DNA from: Actinomycetes bacterium
Lineage (GTDB): Bacteria; Actinomycetota; Acidimicrobiia; Acidimicrobiales; RAAP-2
Assembly (NCBI GenBank): GCA_021809495.1
Contig: JAKAZI010000003.1
Coordinates: 368-64,367 of the forward strand
Direction: 5' to 3'
Length of the DNA: 64,000 nucleotides
In this document: piece after piece, positions 1-7,923 of the stretch
Layout of the letters: the number at the start of each line of letters is the position of its first letter
Position numbering within the stretch: the stretch's first letter is position 1
The notes under the pieces: generated by a model
Seen by the model: the letters and a program-made list of their open reading frames with translations, nothing else
Databases searched by the model: none
Told to the model about the DNA's origin: nothing
Program-made: the position numbers and the translations under genes

Positions 1-97
1 CCGAGTCCAACAGTCCAACATCACGAACCGGACCGATTCCAAGAATCCGAACCATCATGATGATGTCCTCGAGTTCGAGGTATTCGATTTCGCTCAT
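1..97 (-). CDS. Death-on-curing (Doc/Fic family) toxin, N-terminal fragment; runs off the window edge
   Basis: Manual translation from the ATG at 97 gives MSEIEYLELEDIIMMVRILGIGPVRDVGLLDS, carrying the Doc-type xRDxGLLxS N-terminal motif. ATGA overlap with the upstream antitoxin stop. The Fic catalytic motif lies outside the window. Confidence 0.75.
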   Translation of the reverse strand, partial: MSEIEYLELEDIIMMVRILGIGPVRDVGLLDS

Positions 98-300
98 GCA
101 GAGCCGAGTCGCTCCAGGACGTCGTTCCAGCGGGTCGCCATGCGATGAGTCGAGTCATCGACCCGTGCCACATGGCCAGAACGCTCGAGTCGATCGAGCA
201 CCGCGCGCCGGATGACTTCTTGGCGTGAGACGCCTTCGAATTCGGAGAGGGAGGTGAGCGCCTCCTCGAGAGTGGCGTCGGTTCGAAGGGTGAATGCCAT
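94..300 (-). CDS. Ribbon-helix-helix (CopG-like) antitoxin, 68 aa
   Basis: MAFTLRTD...LSEFEGVSRQEVIRRAV fits the RHH pattern. Coupled to the Doc-like gene. ATG at 300 chosen because it lies 6 nt after a -10 element. Confidence 0.8.
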   Translation of the reverse strand: MAFTLRTDATLEEALTSLSEFEGVSRQEVIRRAVLDRLERSGHVARVDDSTHRMATRWNDVLERLGSA

Positions 301-306
301 TCGATT

Positions 307-334
307 ATGATACCACTCTGGTATCAATTGTCAA
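307..334 (-). promoter_or_regulatory. Sigma-A type promoter of the TA operon (TTGACA-N16-TATCAT with extended TG), leaderless
   Basis: Minus strand reads TTGACA (334-329), a 16-nt spacer ending in TGG, TATCAT (312-307), 6 nt, then ATG. Confidence 0.75.
308..326. promoter_or_regulatory. Palindromic operator TGATACCA-ctc-TGGTATCA, likely the antitoxin autorepression site
   Basis: Perfect 8-bp inverted repeat overlapping the -10 element and spacer of the TA promoter. Confidence 0.7.
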
Positions 335-487
335 CTCTCGGCACTTGGTGTCCAGAGGTCTCCAATGTGCAGTTCACGACCAGACGGCAATTAACCTCGC
401 CGAACACACCGACGTGGTCGAACCAAGAGCCACGGCAGTGAAACCTGCTCGACGACATCCGTCAAGACCCGTGTGGCCGGGTTTTTA
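318..487 (+). ncRNA. Candidate structured small RNA, family not recognised
   Basis: Plus-strand -10 TATGAT at 306-311. Stems at 345-351/406-412, 355-359/394-398, 413-417/430-434 and 435-438/445-448. Ends in a hairpin plus T-run. No convincing ORF. Confidence 0.35.
464..487 (+). terminator. Intrinsic terminator
   Basis: AAGACCCG-tgtggc-CGGGTTTT running into a T-rich tail (TTTTTATT). Confidence 0.6.
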
Positions 488-808
488 TTGTGCCTCAAGG
501 TTCACTACGAGACGGTCGCGTTCGAAGAACGGATGCGCTAACACGCGACGCGTGTTTCGCGGGGGGCACCTCAGCGTCGAGGAGTTGATGCGGCGTTAGA
601 TGAATCGTCCTATGAATCGAGGCACGTGTCGGCGTTCTACGCGGAGGCCGTCGTCACCATGCGCCGAACCTGTAGGTCGGCGACGCTCGACGAGCCAATG
701 GCCGAATGCACCCGCGCGCGTCGAAGAAACTGGGAGGCACACTCATCGTAGGAATCAAGGACCTGGATTGGCTATGCAGCGGTGGCGTTGGGCGTTGGTT
801 TGACGGTG

Positions 809-2272
809 TCACACCGGAGTCGGTGTTACCTCGTCGAGTCCTCGGCCAAGGTGTTCGATGACGTCTGCGGCGTAGTAGGTCGAGCGGCCGTTCAGCAACG
901 TGCGGATCTCGTTCAGGCAGTCGCCGCTCGTCACGATGGGCGGTTCGACTTCACCGGTCGCGCGGGTCTGGGCGAGCCCGCAGGTCGCCATGAGCCCATT
1001 GCAGAGGCACGTCGAATCGACGGTTGACTCGACGTCGCCGCCCTTTCGCACGTAGGCCTTGACCGGTTCGGCGGCGCAACGGTAGCCAATGGACCCGTCG
1101 TCAGCCAGAAACGCTTCGCGAAGATAGCCCAGATCGCAACGGCGCGTCCGGTTTTCGTACACGTCCCGCTCTGAGATTGTTCCCTCAAGAGCAACGACCT
1201 TGAAGGGATAGCCCGTCGAAGAGGCGCGAATTGACGTGCGCACGTCGACCGTTCCGGCTTGGACGCTGGTGATGACTTGGGCGCGCAGGGAAGCGTCCAT
1301 GCCCGACTCTTCGCAGTAGGCGAACAGCGTGCCGACTTGGACCCCAGTGGCGCCAAGCTCGCGAGCGGCTCGGACGTGGTCCGGGGTCGTGATGCCTCCA
1401 CCGATCCAGAAAGGTCTTTTGAGAGCACCGAGTGCGGCGAAATCGACCTCGTCGCGCGGCCCGTAGATCGGTGATTCATCAGCGTCCAAGGTCAACGGCC
1501 CCCGCGGTGGCGCGTTGTGGCCCCCGGCGACGGGCCGCTCGACCACGAAACCGTCGACGGGGCCCTCACTGCGCTTGATGAGCGCGTTTGCCAAAACGTT
1601 GGACGAAATGATCCCGATGAACTTTGGACGTTCCAATTCGCCGACGCCGCTGAGGTAGGGCGATGGGTCGAAGTGGAGTGTCGGTGAATCCTCGGTGGAG
1701 GCATTGGCCAACGCCAATTTGGTGTCGACGCTGAGACCGTGACGGAGTCGTTCGAGAACACCGGGGATGTGGGTGGGCACGCCGGCCCCCATCAACACGT
1801 AATCGACACCCGCGATCATTGCCCCGCAGAGCAACGCGACCGTCGGGATCTGGACTTTTGTCAGGAGATTGATGCCCACGACGCCGCCGTGGCCGGCTTT
1901 GGCCATGGCGACTTCGGCGAAGGCGGCCAAGACCAGCAGGTCGGTGGAACGCCGCTTTGAGCGGTGCGTCAACATGAGCAGGTTCTGGTAGGGACCATTG
2001 GCGCGCCGACGAACGGCCGTGAACTGACGCACAACGTCGTCGACGATCGAACGAACGGGAAATCGGTCCAGTACCGAGCGCAGGGTGTCGTCAAGACCGA
2101 ATTTCTGGAGTCGACGGACAAAGACGGCGTCAATCGCCGTTCCCGAGACCACGCCGAGCTGGCCAGCCATTGAGACGCTGCGGGCGAGTCGCCAGTCCGA
2201 TACGGCGATTCCCATCCCGCCTTGGATCAACCAGGGCAAGCGTCTTGTCAATGGGAGGGCGGTCGTGTTCAT
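809..2272 (-). CDS. Nitronate monooxygenase / FabK-FabX-like FMN oxidoreductase with C-terminal Cys cluster
   Basis: Motifs IQGGMG, GAGVP, E-x-x-x-AGGH, GATGVQVGT, TGYPF. C-terminal RRCDLGYL..YRCAAEP..CLCNGL. Confidence 0.85.
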   Translation of the reverse strand: MNTTALPLTRRLPWLIQGGMGIAVSDWRLARSVSMAGQLGVVSGTAIDAVFVRRLQKFGLDDTLRSVLDRFPVRSIVDDVVRQFTAVRRRANGPYQNLLMLTHRSKRRSTDLLVLAAFAEVAMAKAGHGGVVGINLLTKVQIPTVALLCGAMIAGVDYVLMGAGVPTHIPGVLERLRHGLSVDTKLALANASTEDSPTLHFDPSPYLSGVGELERPKFIGIISSNVLANALIKRSEGPVDGFVVERPVAGGHNAPPRGPLTLDADESPIYGPRDEVDFAALGALKRPFWIGGGITTPDHVRAARELGATGVQVGTLFAYCEESGMDASLRAQVITSVQAGTVDVRTSIRASSTGYPFKVVALEGTISERDVYENRTRRCDLGYLREAFLADDGSIGYRCAAEPVKAYVRKGGDVESTVDSTCLCNGLMATCGLAQTRATGEVEPPIVTSGDCLNEIRTLLNGRSTYYAADVIEHLGRGLDEVTPTPV

Positions 2273-2290
2273 ATGACCCGTCCTTGCCGC

Positions 2291-2304
2291 GAGACGATCG
2301 TCTC
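2291..2304. promoter_or_regulatory. Perfect 14-bp palindrome GAGACGATCGTCTC in the leader of the NMO-like gene
   Basis: Lies between a minus-strand -10 TAGAAT (2326-2321) and the RBS/start at 2272. Confidence 0.4.
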
Positions 2305-2551
2305 AATCTGGCCTCGACCCATTCTATGGTCCCAGGCGACGATTGAAGTTATTTCAGCGTGCGTGTGGTGTCGGCCCTTTCGAGTCGTTCCAACCGAATC
2401 GTCGGGAGGTGACTCTTCGTACCTGATTGAAAGCGGTAAGCCGCGACGCATCGCTCGCTACCATGGGGTCTGAGGCCGCTGAACGTACTGGAACTGGTGC
2501 AGCGGGTTTGTGCGAGGACGACACGTCTCCGGCCCCGTGGGAGGAGGCGTG

Positions 2552-2989
2552 ATGCGTAGCGCAGTCATCGTCCGAGGTGCGCTGGGATTCGTACTGCTGG
2601 TAGCGGCGAACGTCGCCGGTGGCTGGGCGAGTGCGGCCACCGTTCAACCGCATATCGTGGTGACCCCGTCAGCGGGACTGCGCAACGGCGAGACGGTGAG
2701 GGTCAGAGGGGCCGGATTCAAGCCCCACGATTCCGTCTTCATCGTCGAATGCTTGGCGACCGCTAAAGGCGAGGCTCAGTGCGACGTCTCGACGGTCGTG
2801 GCGGTCACGATCAACGCCAAAGGGTTGCTGCCGCTCACCAGGTTCAAGGTGAAGACCGGCAAGATCGGTGCCGGCCGGTGCGGCACGACGCCAAGAAACG
2901 TTCGGGCCTGCGCGGTCAGCGTGGGCAATATGAGGGGCAAGGACTCAACGTCGGCGCGGATCACGTTCGTCAAACCAGCGGTTCACTAG
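2552..2989 (+). CDS. Secreted neocarzinostatin-apoprotein-domain protein
   Basis: GGAGGAGG RBS, signal peptide ending ASA, VTPSAGLRNGETVRVRGAGF, and four Cys including a C-x9-C pair as in the NCS apoprotein. Confidence 0.75.
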   Translation: MRSAVIVRGALGFVLLVAANVAGGWASAATVQPHIVVTPSAGLRNGETVRVRGAGFKPHDSVFIVECLATAKGEAQCDVSTVVAVTINAKGLLPLTRFKVKTGKIGAGRCGTTPRNVRACAVSVGNMRGKDSTSARITFVKPAVH

Positions 2990-3071
2990 TGCGCTCGACT
3001 TTTGGCACTGGTATCGAACCTTTGAGGCGTCGCGGGCGTTCGCGAGGACGATTCCAAACGGGGCGTTCGCG

Positions 3072-4700
3072 ATGATGTGGCGGGGTGACGATTCGCTCGT
3101 GGCGAGCGATGGATTGGCCGCCGTCACCTTGCGTCGGCCACTTTCGTCGGCATTGTCGCACCTGAGTTTCGTTGCGTTGATGTCCGTGCTCTTCTTGACC
3201 TTCCTGGATAACACGGTGGTCAGTCCGGTGCTGACCAATGTCCAGGCCGAACTTCACGCGGGGGTTCCCCAGCTGCAATGGGTCGTCGGCGCTTACGCGC
3301 TGGCCTTCGCGAGTTTGATGTTGGTCAGTGGAACACTCGGCGACCTCCTGGGACGCAAGCCCGTCATGCTGGTCGGGGTCGCGGTCTTCATCGCGGGTTC
3401 GATTGTCAGTGCGCTCGCGAAGGATCCGACCATTTTGATCGTCGGTCGGATCGTGATGGGCGTTGGTGCGGCCGGGTCCGAGCCAGGAACGCTCTCGATG
3501 ATTCGTCACATTTACCCGGAACGCCAGCGTCGCGCGCGCGCTCTGGGCGCGTGGGCCGCCGTCTCCGGGCTCGCCCTCGCCGCGGGCCCCGTGATCGGGG
3601 GGATTCTCGTTGGGCTCTGGTCGTGGCGCGCGATCTTCTGGTTCAACGTTCTCTTCGGCGGTGCGGCGCTGATCATCGCGCTGGTGGCGCTGCCCAACAA
3701 CCCACCAGAAGTTCACGCGCGCCTGGACGTAGTCGGTTCGATACTCAGCATCGTGGCCCTCGCGACGGCTACGTTCGCCACGATCCGGGCGGAGTCGATC
3801 GGTTATGGGGCGTCGCCAATCGTGGCGATGTACGTGATCAGCTTCGTGTCGTTCATCGCCTTTATCGTGGTGGAGTCCCGGGTAAGAAGCCCGATGCTGA
3901 ATCTGCGCTACTTCGCGCGGCGCACGTTCCTCGGTGCCAATTTCGTAGCGTTCACGACGTACTTCGCCATCTTCTCAATATTCTTCTTCGTCGCTCTGTA
4001 CCTCGAAGTTGTCGTCGGGGTCGGCGCGTACCGTCTAGCGCTTGATTTCTTGCCGCTGCTCGCGGGGATGGTGCTGTCATCGCTCTTCAGCGGTCGATGG
4101 GTCGCGAGGACGGGTTCTCGCACGCCGATGATGGTGGGGAGCATCCTCGCCGCTGCGGGCGTGTTCCTGACCAATCTCGTCATCGACACCCACGTGGGAC
4201 TGGGAACGCTGGGCTGGACGATGGGTCTCGCCGGCATCGGGTTCGGCATCGTTGTTGTCCCAGTGACCTCCGACGCCCTCCAGGCGCTGCCCGCCGCGCA
4301 TTCGGGAATGGCGGCGTCGACGGTTAATACCGCTCGTGAACTCGGCGCGGTCGCGGGAGTGGCCATTCTCGGATCGATCGTGAACGGGCAGTTGACCGTT
4401 CATCTGACCCAACGTCTCATCAAGCTTGGGGTGCCGGCGTCGTATCGGTCGGAGATCATCGCCGCGCTGACGACCGGGACGATTGGCGCCAAGGCCAAGC
4501 AGTACCAGGGTGGCGGCGCCGCGATCCAGGCGATTATCGACAAGGTGGTGAACGCCGCCTACGGTGCGTTCACCAATGGTCTGCACATTGCGTTACTCGT
4601 CGCGAGCGCGTTAATGGTGCTGTCGGCGTGCATCGCACTCGTGGGGGGAACCGGGGTCAACGCGATCCAGACCGACGTGGACGAAGACCGCCCCGATTAG
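3072..4700 (+). CDS. MFS drug:H+ antiporter, DHA2 (EmrB/QacA) family
   Basis: LDNTVV, WVVGAY, GTLGDLLGRK, AGPVIGG and WRAIFWFNV motifs; about 14 TM segments. Start codon uncertain. Confidence 0.9.
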   Translation: MMWRGDDSLVASDGLAAVTLRRPLSSALSHLSFVALMSVLFLTFLDNTVVSPVLTNVQAELHAGVPQLQWVVGAYALAFASLMLVSGTLGDLLGRKPVMLVGVAVFIAGSIVSALAKDPTILIVGRIVMGVGAAGSEPGTLSMIRHIYPERQRRARALGAWAAVSGLALAAGPVIGGILVGLWSWRAIFWFNVLFGGAALIIALVALPNNPPEVHARLDVVGSILSIVALATATFATIRAESIGYGASPIVAMYVISFVSFIAFIVVESRVRSPMLNLRYFARRTFLGANFVAFTTYFAIFSIFFFVALYLEVVVGVGAYRLALDFLPLLAGMVLSSLFSGRWVARTGSRTPMMVGSILAAAGVFLTNLVIDTHVGLGTLGWTMGLAGIGFGIVVVPVTSDALQALPAAHSGMAASTVNTARELGAVAGVAILGSIVNGQLTVHLTQRLIKLGVPASYRSEIIAALTTGTIGAKAKQYQGGGAAIQAIIDKVVNAAYGAFTNGLHIALLVASALMVLSACIALVGGTGVNAIQTDVDEDRPD

Positions 4701-4721
4701 TCCGGTAAACTTCAACGACCA

Positions 4722-5372
4722 ATGCGCCTGAGCCATCGAATCCCGACGACGCCGTGGCGGGCCGCGTCGACGTGGGCCGTGCGCCCCCGGATGATCGCGC
4801 CCTTGTTCACCGGTCTCGCGCTGTTCGGTGTGGGCGAGGGTCTGCTGGTGCTCTCGCGCCTGGGTGCGACGCCGTGGACGGTGTTCGCCCAGGGCGTCGC
4901 GAAGCACGCCGGGATCTCGCTCGGGTGGGCGACGGCGCTGATCAGTGTCGTCGTGCTCGCCGCGTGGTGGCCACTTCGCGAACGGCCGGGTTTTGGCACG
5001 GTCGCCAACCTGGTGGTCATCGCGCTGGTCTTGGACCTGACCGCGACGATGATCCCGTCGCCGTCGACCATGGTCGCTCGATCGGTCTTTGTCGTTGGAG
5101 CGGTGCTCGCCATCGGCATGGGCAGCGCGCTCTACCTGACGACGGGGTTGGGCCCCGGCCCGAGGGACGGGTTGATGACGAGTCTGCATCGACGCCTCGG
5201 GATAAGCGTGGTGTACATCCGTGTCACGCTGGAGCTCTCGGTGCTGGCGATTGGTTGGTTCATGGGTGGCACCGTCGGCGTGGGCACGGCCATCTTCGCG
5301 GGAGCAATCGGATTCGCAATCGGGGCCTGTCTACAGGCACTGGAGTGGATCCTCGCGAGGGCGACCTCGTGA
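4722..5372 (+). CDS. YczE/YyaS family membrane protein
   Basis: LGATPWTVF, ERPGFGT, LGPGPRDGLM and GGTVGVGT motifs. Confidence 0.85.
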   Translation: MRLSHRIPTTPWRAASTWAVRPRMIAPLFTGLALFGVGEGLLVLSRLGATPWTVFAQGVAKHAGISLGWATALISVVVLAAWWPLRERPGFGTVANLVVIALVLDLTATMIPSPSTMVARSVFVVGAVLAIGMGSALYLTTGLGPGPRDGLMTSLHRRLGISVVYIRVTLELSVLAIGWFMGGTVGVGTAIFAGAIGFAIGACLQALEWILARATS

Positions 5373-6010
5373 TCGGCGGCGCCCAACTCGCCACGTTCCT
5401 CGTCGCGTCGTTCGCCATCATCATCGTTCCCGGCCCGAGCGTTCTGTTCACCCTCGCCCGGGGCGTCGCGTGGGGGCGCACCGTGGCGGTGCTGACGGTC
5501 GTGGGTAACTCCATCGGGACCCTGTTGTTGTCGATCGTCGTCGCCCTGGGCCTTGGTCCGCTGCTGGCGCAGTCGCGAACGTTCTCCATCGTGTTGCAAC
5601 TGGCCGGCGGGTGCTACCTCGGCTGGCTCGGAGTCGACGCACTTCGCCACCGCCACGAGCACGCGCGAGCGATGACCACGCGCGAAGCGCTTCGGCCGGC
5701 GCCGCGACAGATCATCCGCCAGGGTTTTACCGTCGGGGTCCTCAATCCGAAGTCGCTGATCTTCTTCGCCGCTGTGTTCCCACACTTCGTCGAACCCACG
5801 AAGGGAAACGTCACCGTTCAACTGCTGGTGTTCGGTGTCATCTTCTCCGTGATGGCCTTCGCGAGTGATTCGACCTGGGGCATCGTCGCCGGCACGGCGC
5901 GCCAGTGGCTCGCCGGTTCGCCATCTCGGCTCGTCACCCTTCGGGCCATCGGAGGTTGCGTGATGATCGTGCTTGGCGCACTGATCCTCGTCAGCGCCGT
6001 CCGAGGGTAG
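5369..6010 (+). CDS. LysE/RhtB family amino-acid exporter
   Basis: GTGA overlap with the upstream stop. IIVPGPS, GGCYLGWLG and LNPKSLIFF motifs. Confidence 0.9.
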   Translation: MIGGAQLATFLVASFAIIIVPGPSVLFTLARGVAWGRTVAVLTVVGNSIGTLLLSIVVALGLGPLLAQSRTFSIVLQLAGGCYLGWLGVDALRHRHEHARAMTTREALRPAPRQIIRQGFTVGVLNPKSLIFFAAVFPHFVEPTKGNVTVQLLVFGVIFSVMAFASDSTWGIVAGTARQWLAGSPSRLVTLRAIGGCVMIVLGALILVSAVRG

Positions 6011-6054
6011 GGAATCGTCGCGCCGGTTCTTACACTCGTCTCGATGGAGCGATC

Positions 6055-7923
6055 ATGACTATGCACGCCGGGCGCGCGGGGATGCGGTCCATGCAGCGCG
6101 ATCGGTCGCTCCTCGAGCACCGAATCACGGGTGGCACGCTGCGTCGGGTTCTGAATTTTGCGAAACCGTATCGCCGGGTCCTGTCGATCTTTCTCACCGT
6201 GGTGGTGCTCGAGGCCGTGGTCAGTTCCGTGTCGCCGCTCGTGCTCCGGGCCATCTTTGACGTCGGGATCGCCCAGAAGCGCGAGGGCGTCATCATCGAA
6301 CTCGCCGGCCTCGCGGCCGTACTCGCGATTGTGGACGCGGTCCTCTCGCTCGCCGATCGACGAATATCGGCGTGGGTCGGCGAAGGATTGATCTACGACC
6401 TGCGGGCTCGGGTCTACGGCCACATTCAGCGCATGCCCATCGCGTTCTTTTCGCGCACGCAGACCGGGGCGCTCATCAGTCGATTGAACAACGACGTCAT
6501 CGGTGCCCAGCAGGCCTTTACCGACCTCTTTTCCAACGTCGTTGGCAACGTCGTGCTCGTTACCCTGATTCTGATCACGATGTTCTTTCTCAGCTGGCCG
6601 ATCACCCTGGTCGCACTGGTGTTGCTGCCGGTGTTCCTGATCCCGGCGCGACTCGTCGGGCGGCGGTTGGGAACCCTCTTTCACCGCGGGATGGAGCTCA
6701 ACGCCGAAATGAACATGGTGATGTCGGAACGTTTCAACGTCGCCGGGGCGATGGTCGTCAAGCTGTTCGGGCGCCCCGATGACGAACTCACGACCTTCCA
6801 GCATCGAGCGGGCGAGGTCCGCGACATGGGCGTTCGCCAGGCGACCTATCAGCGATTCTTCTTCGTCGCGCTGGGTTTGACCGCGTCGCTCGCCACCGCC
6901 TTCGCGTACGGGTTTGGCGGGGTGGCCGTCCTGCACGGGACACTCGCGATCGGCACGGTGGTGGCGCTCACGATGTACGTGACGCGCCTCTACGGCCCGC
7001 TGACCCAGCTGTCAAACCTCAACATCGACTACGTGTCGGCCATGGTGAGCTTCGAGCGGCTGTTCGAAGTCCTCGACCTCGAACCGATGATCGCCGAGTC
7101 CCCCGACGCCGTCGCGATTCCCGATGGTCCCGTGACCCTTCGCTTTGACCACGTGTCGTTCGCGTATCCCGGCGCTGACGAAGTATCGCTCGCGTCACTC
7201 GAGGCGGTCGCCACGCTGGACACCACCGCGCGCACCCCGGTCCTGCACGACGTGAGTTTTGAGGTGGCGCCGGGAACCATGACGGCCCTCGTTGGACCGA
7301 GTGGTGCCGGCAAGACGACCATCTCGTTGTTGGTGTCGCGACTCTACGACGTCGATCAGGGCCGCGTCACCCTCAACGGGCTCGACCTTCGCGACGTCAC
7401 GGTGGCGTCGCTCAACGCGACCGTCGGCGTCGTGACCCAAGACCCGCATCTCTTCCACGACACCCTGGGGGCCAACCTGCTGTTCGCTCGACCCGAGGCG
7501 ACCGAGCGTGAGATTGAGGCGGCCCTGAAATCAGCCCATATCTGGAACCTCGTCGCCTCGTTGCCCGAGGGGCTCGACACGGTGGTGGGCGAACGGGGCT
7601 ATCGGCTGTCGGGTGGCGAGAAGCAACGCGTCGCGCTGGCCCGGCTCTTGCTCAAGTCGCCCCGTGTTGTGGTGCTCGACGAGGCGACGGCGCACCTGGA
7701 CTCAGAGAGCGAGGCCGCGGTGCAGCGCGCGCTGGACTCGACGATGGCCTCGCGCACGTCGCTCGTGATCGCGCACCGGCTCTCGACGGTACGTAACGCC
7801 GACCAGATCTTGGTTGTCGACGCGGGCACGGTCGTCGAACGTGGGACGCATCGGGAACTACTCAAGCACGGACGCCTCTACCGGGTCCTGTACGAGACCC
7901 AGTTCGCGGACCAGGCGGACTAA
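6055..7923 (+). CDS. ABC exporter, fused permease/ATPase (multidrug/MsbA-like)
   Basis: TM domain followed by GPSGAGKT, LSGGEKQR, LDEAT and IAHRLST. Confidence 0.9.
   Translation: MTMHAGRAGMRSMQRDRSLLEHRITGGTLRRVLNFAKPYRRVLSIFLTVVVLEAVVSSVSPLVLRAIFDVGIAQKREGVIIELAGLAAVLAIVDAVLSLADRRISAWVGEGLIYDLRARVYGHIQRMPIAFFSRTQTGALISRLNNDVIGAQQAFTDLFSNVVGNVVLVTLILITMFFLSWPITLVALVLLPVFLIPARLVGRRLGTLFHRGMELNAEMNMVMSERFNVAGAMVVKLFGRPDDELTTFQHRAGEVRDMGVRQATYQRFFFVALGLTASLATAFAYGFGGVAVLHGTLAIGTVVALTMYVTRLYGPLTQLSNLNIDYVSAMVSFERLFEVLDLEPMIAESPDAVAIPDGPVTLRFDHVSFAYPGADEVSLASLEAVATLDTTARTPVLHDVSFEVAPGTMTALVGPSGAGKTTISLLVSRLYDVDQGRVTLNGLDLRDVTVASLNATVGVVTQDPHLFHDTLGANLLFARPEATEREIEAALKSAHIWNLVASLPEGLDTVVGERGYRLSGGEKQRVALARLLLKSPRVVVLDEATAHLDSESEAAVQRALDSTMASRTSLVIAHRLSTVRNADQILVVDAGTVVERGTHRELLKHGRLYRVLYETQFADQAD

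Noticed and set aside
340-490. Assignment to a known riboswitch or ribozyme (SAM-IV, guanidine/ykkC, PyrR site, twister, pistol, ANTAR target)
   Set aside because: Only fragments resemble these families (CGGCAA..CCTC, TCCAGAG, CGTGG..GCCACG). Core consensus elements are missing, so it is left as an unassigned candidate.
294-803. ORF-track entries 294..599 and 600..803 (+)
   Set aside because: No recognisable motifs or RBS, Arg/Pro-rich composition typical of non-coding frames, and the first crosses a terminator.
2476-2505. CCGCTG...CAGCGG hairpin upstream of the apoprotein gene as a c-di-AMP riboswitch
   Set aside because: Too short and lacks the rest of the ydaO consensus.
2552-2989. Enediyne biosynthetic gene cluster
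   Set aside because: No PKS, thioesterase or tailoring genes in the window; only the apoprotein-like domain.
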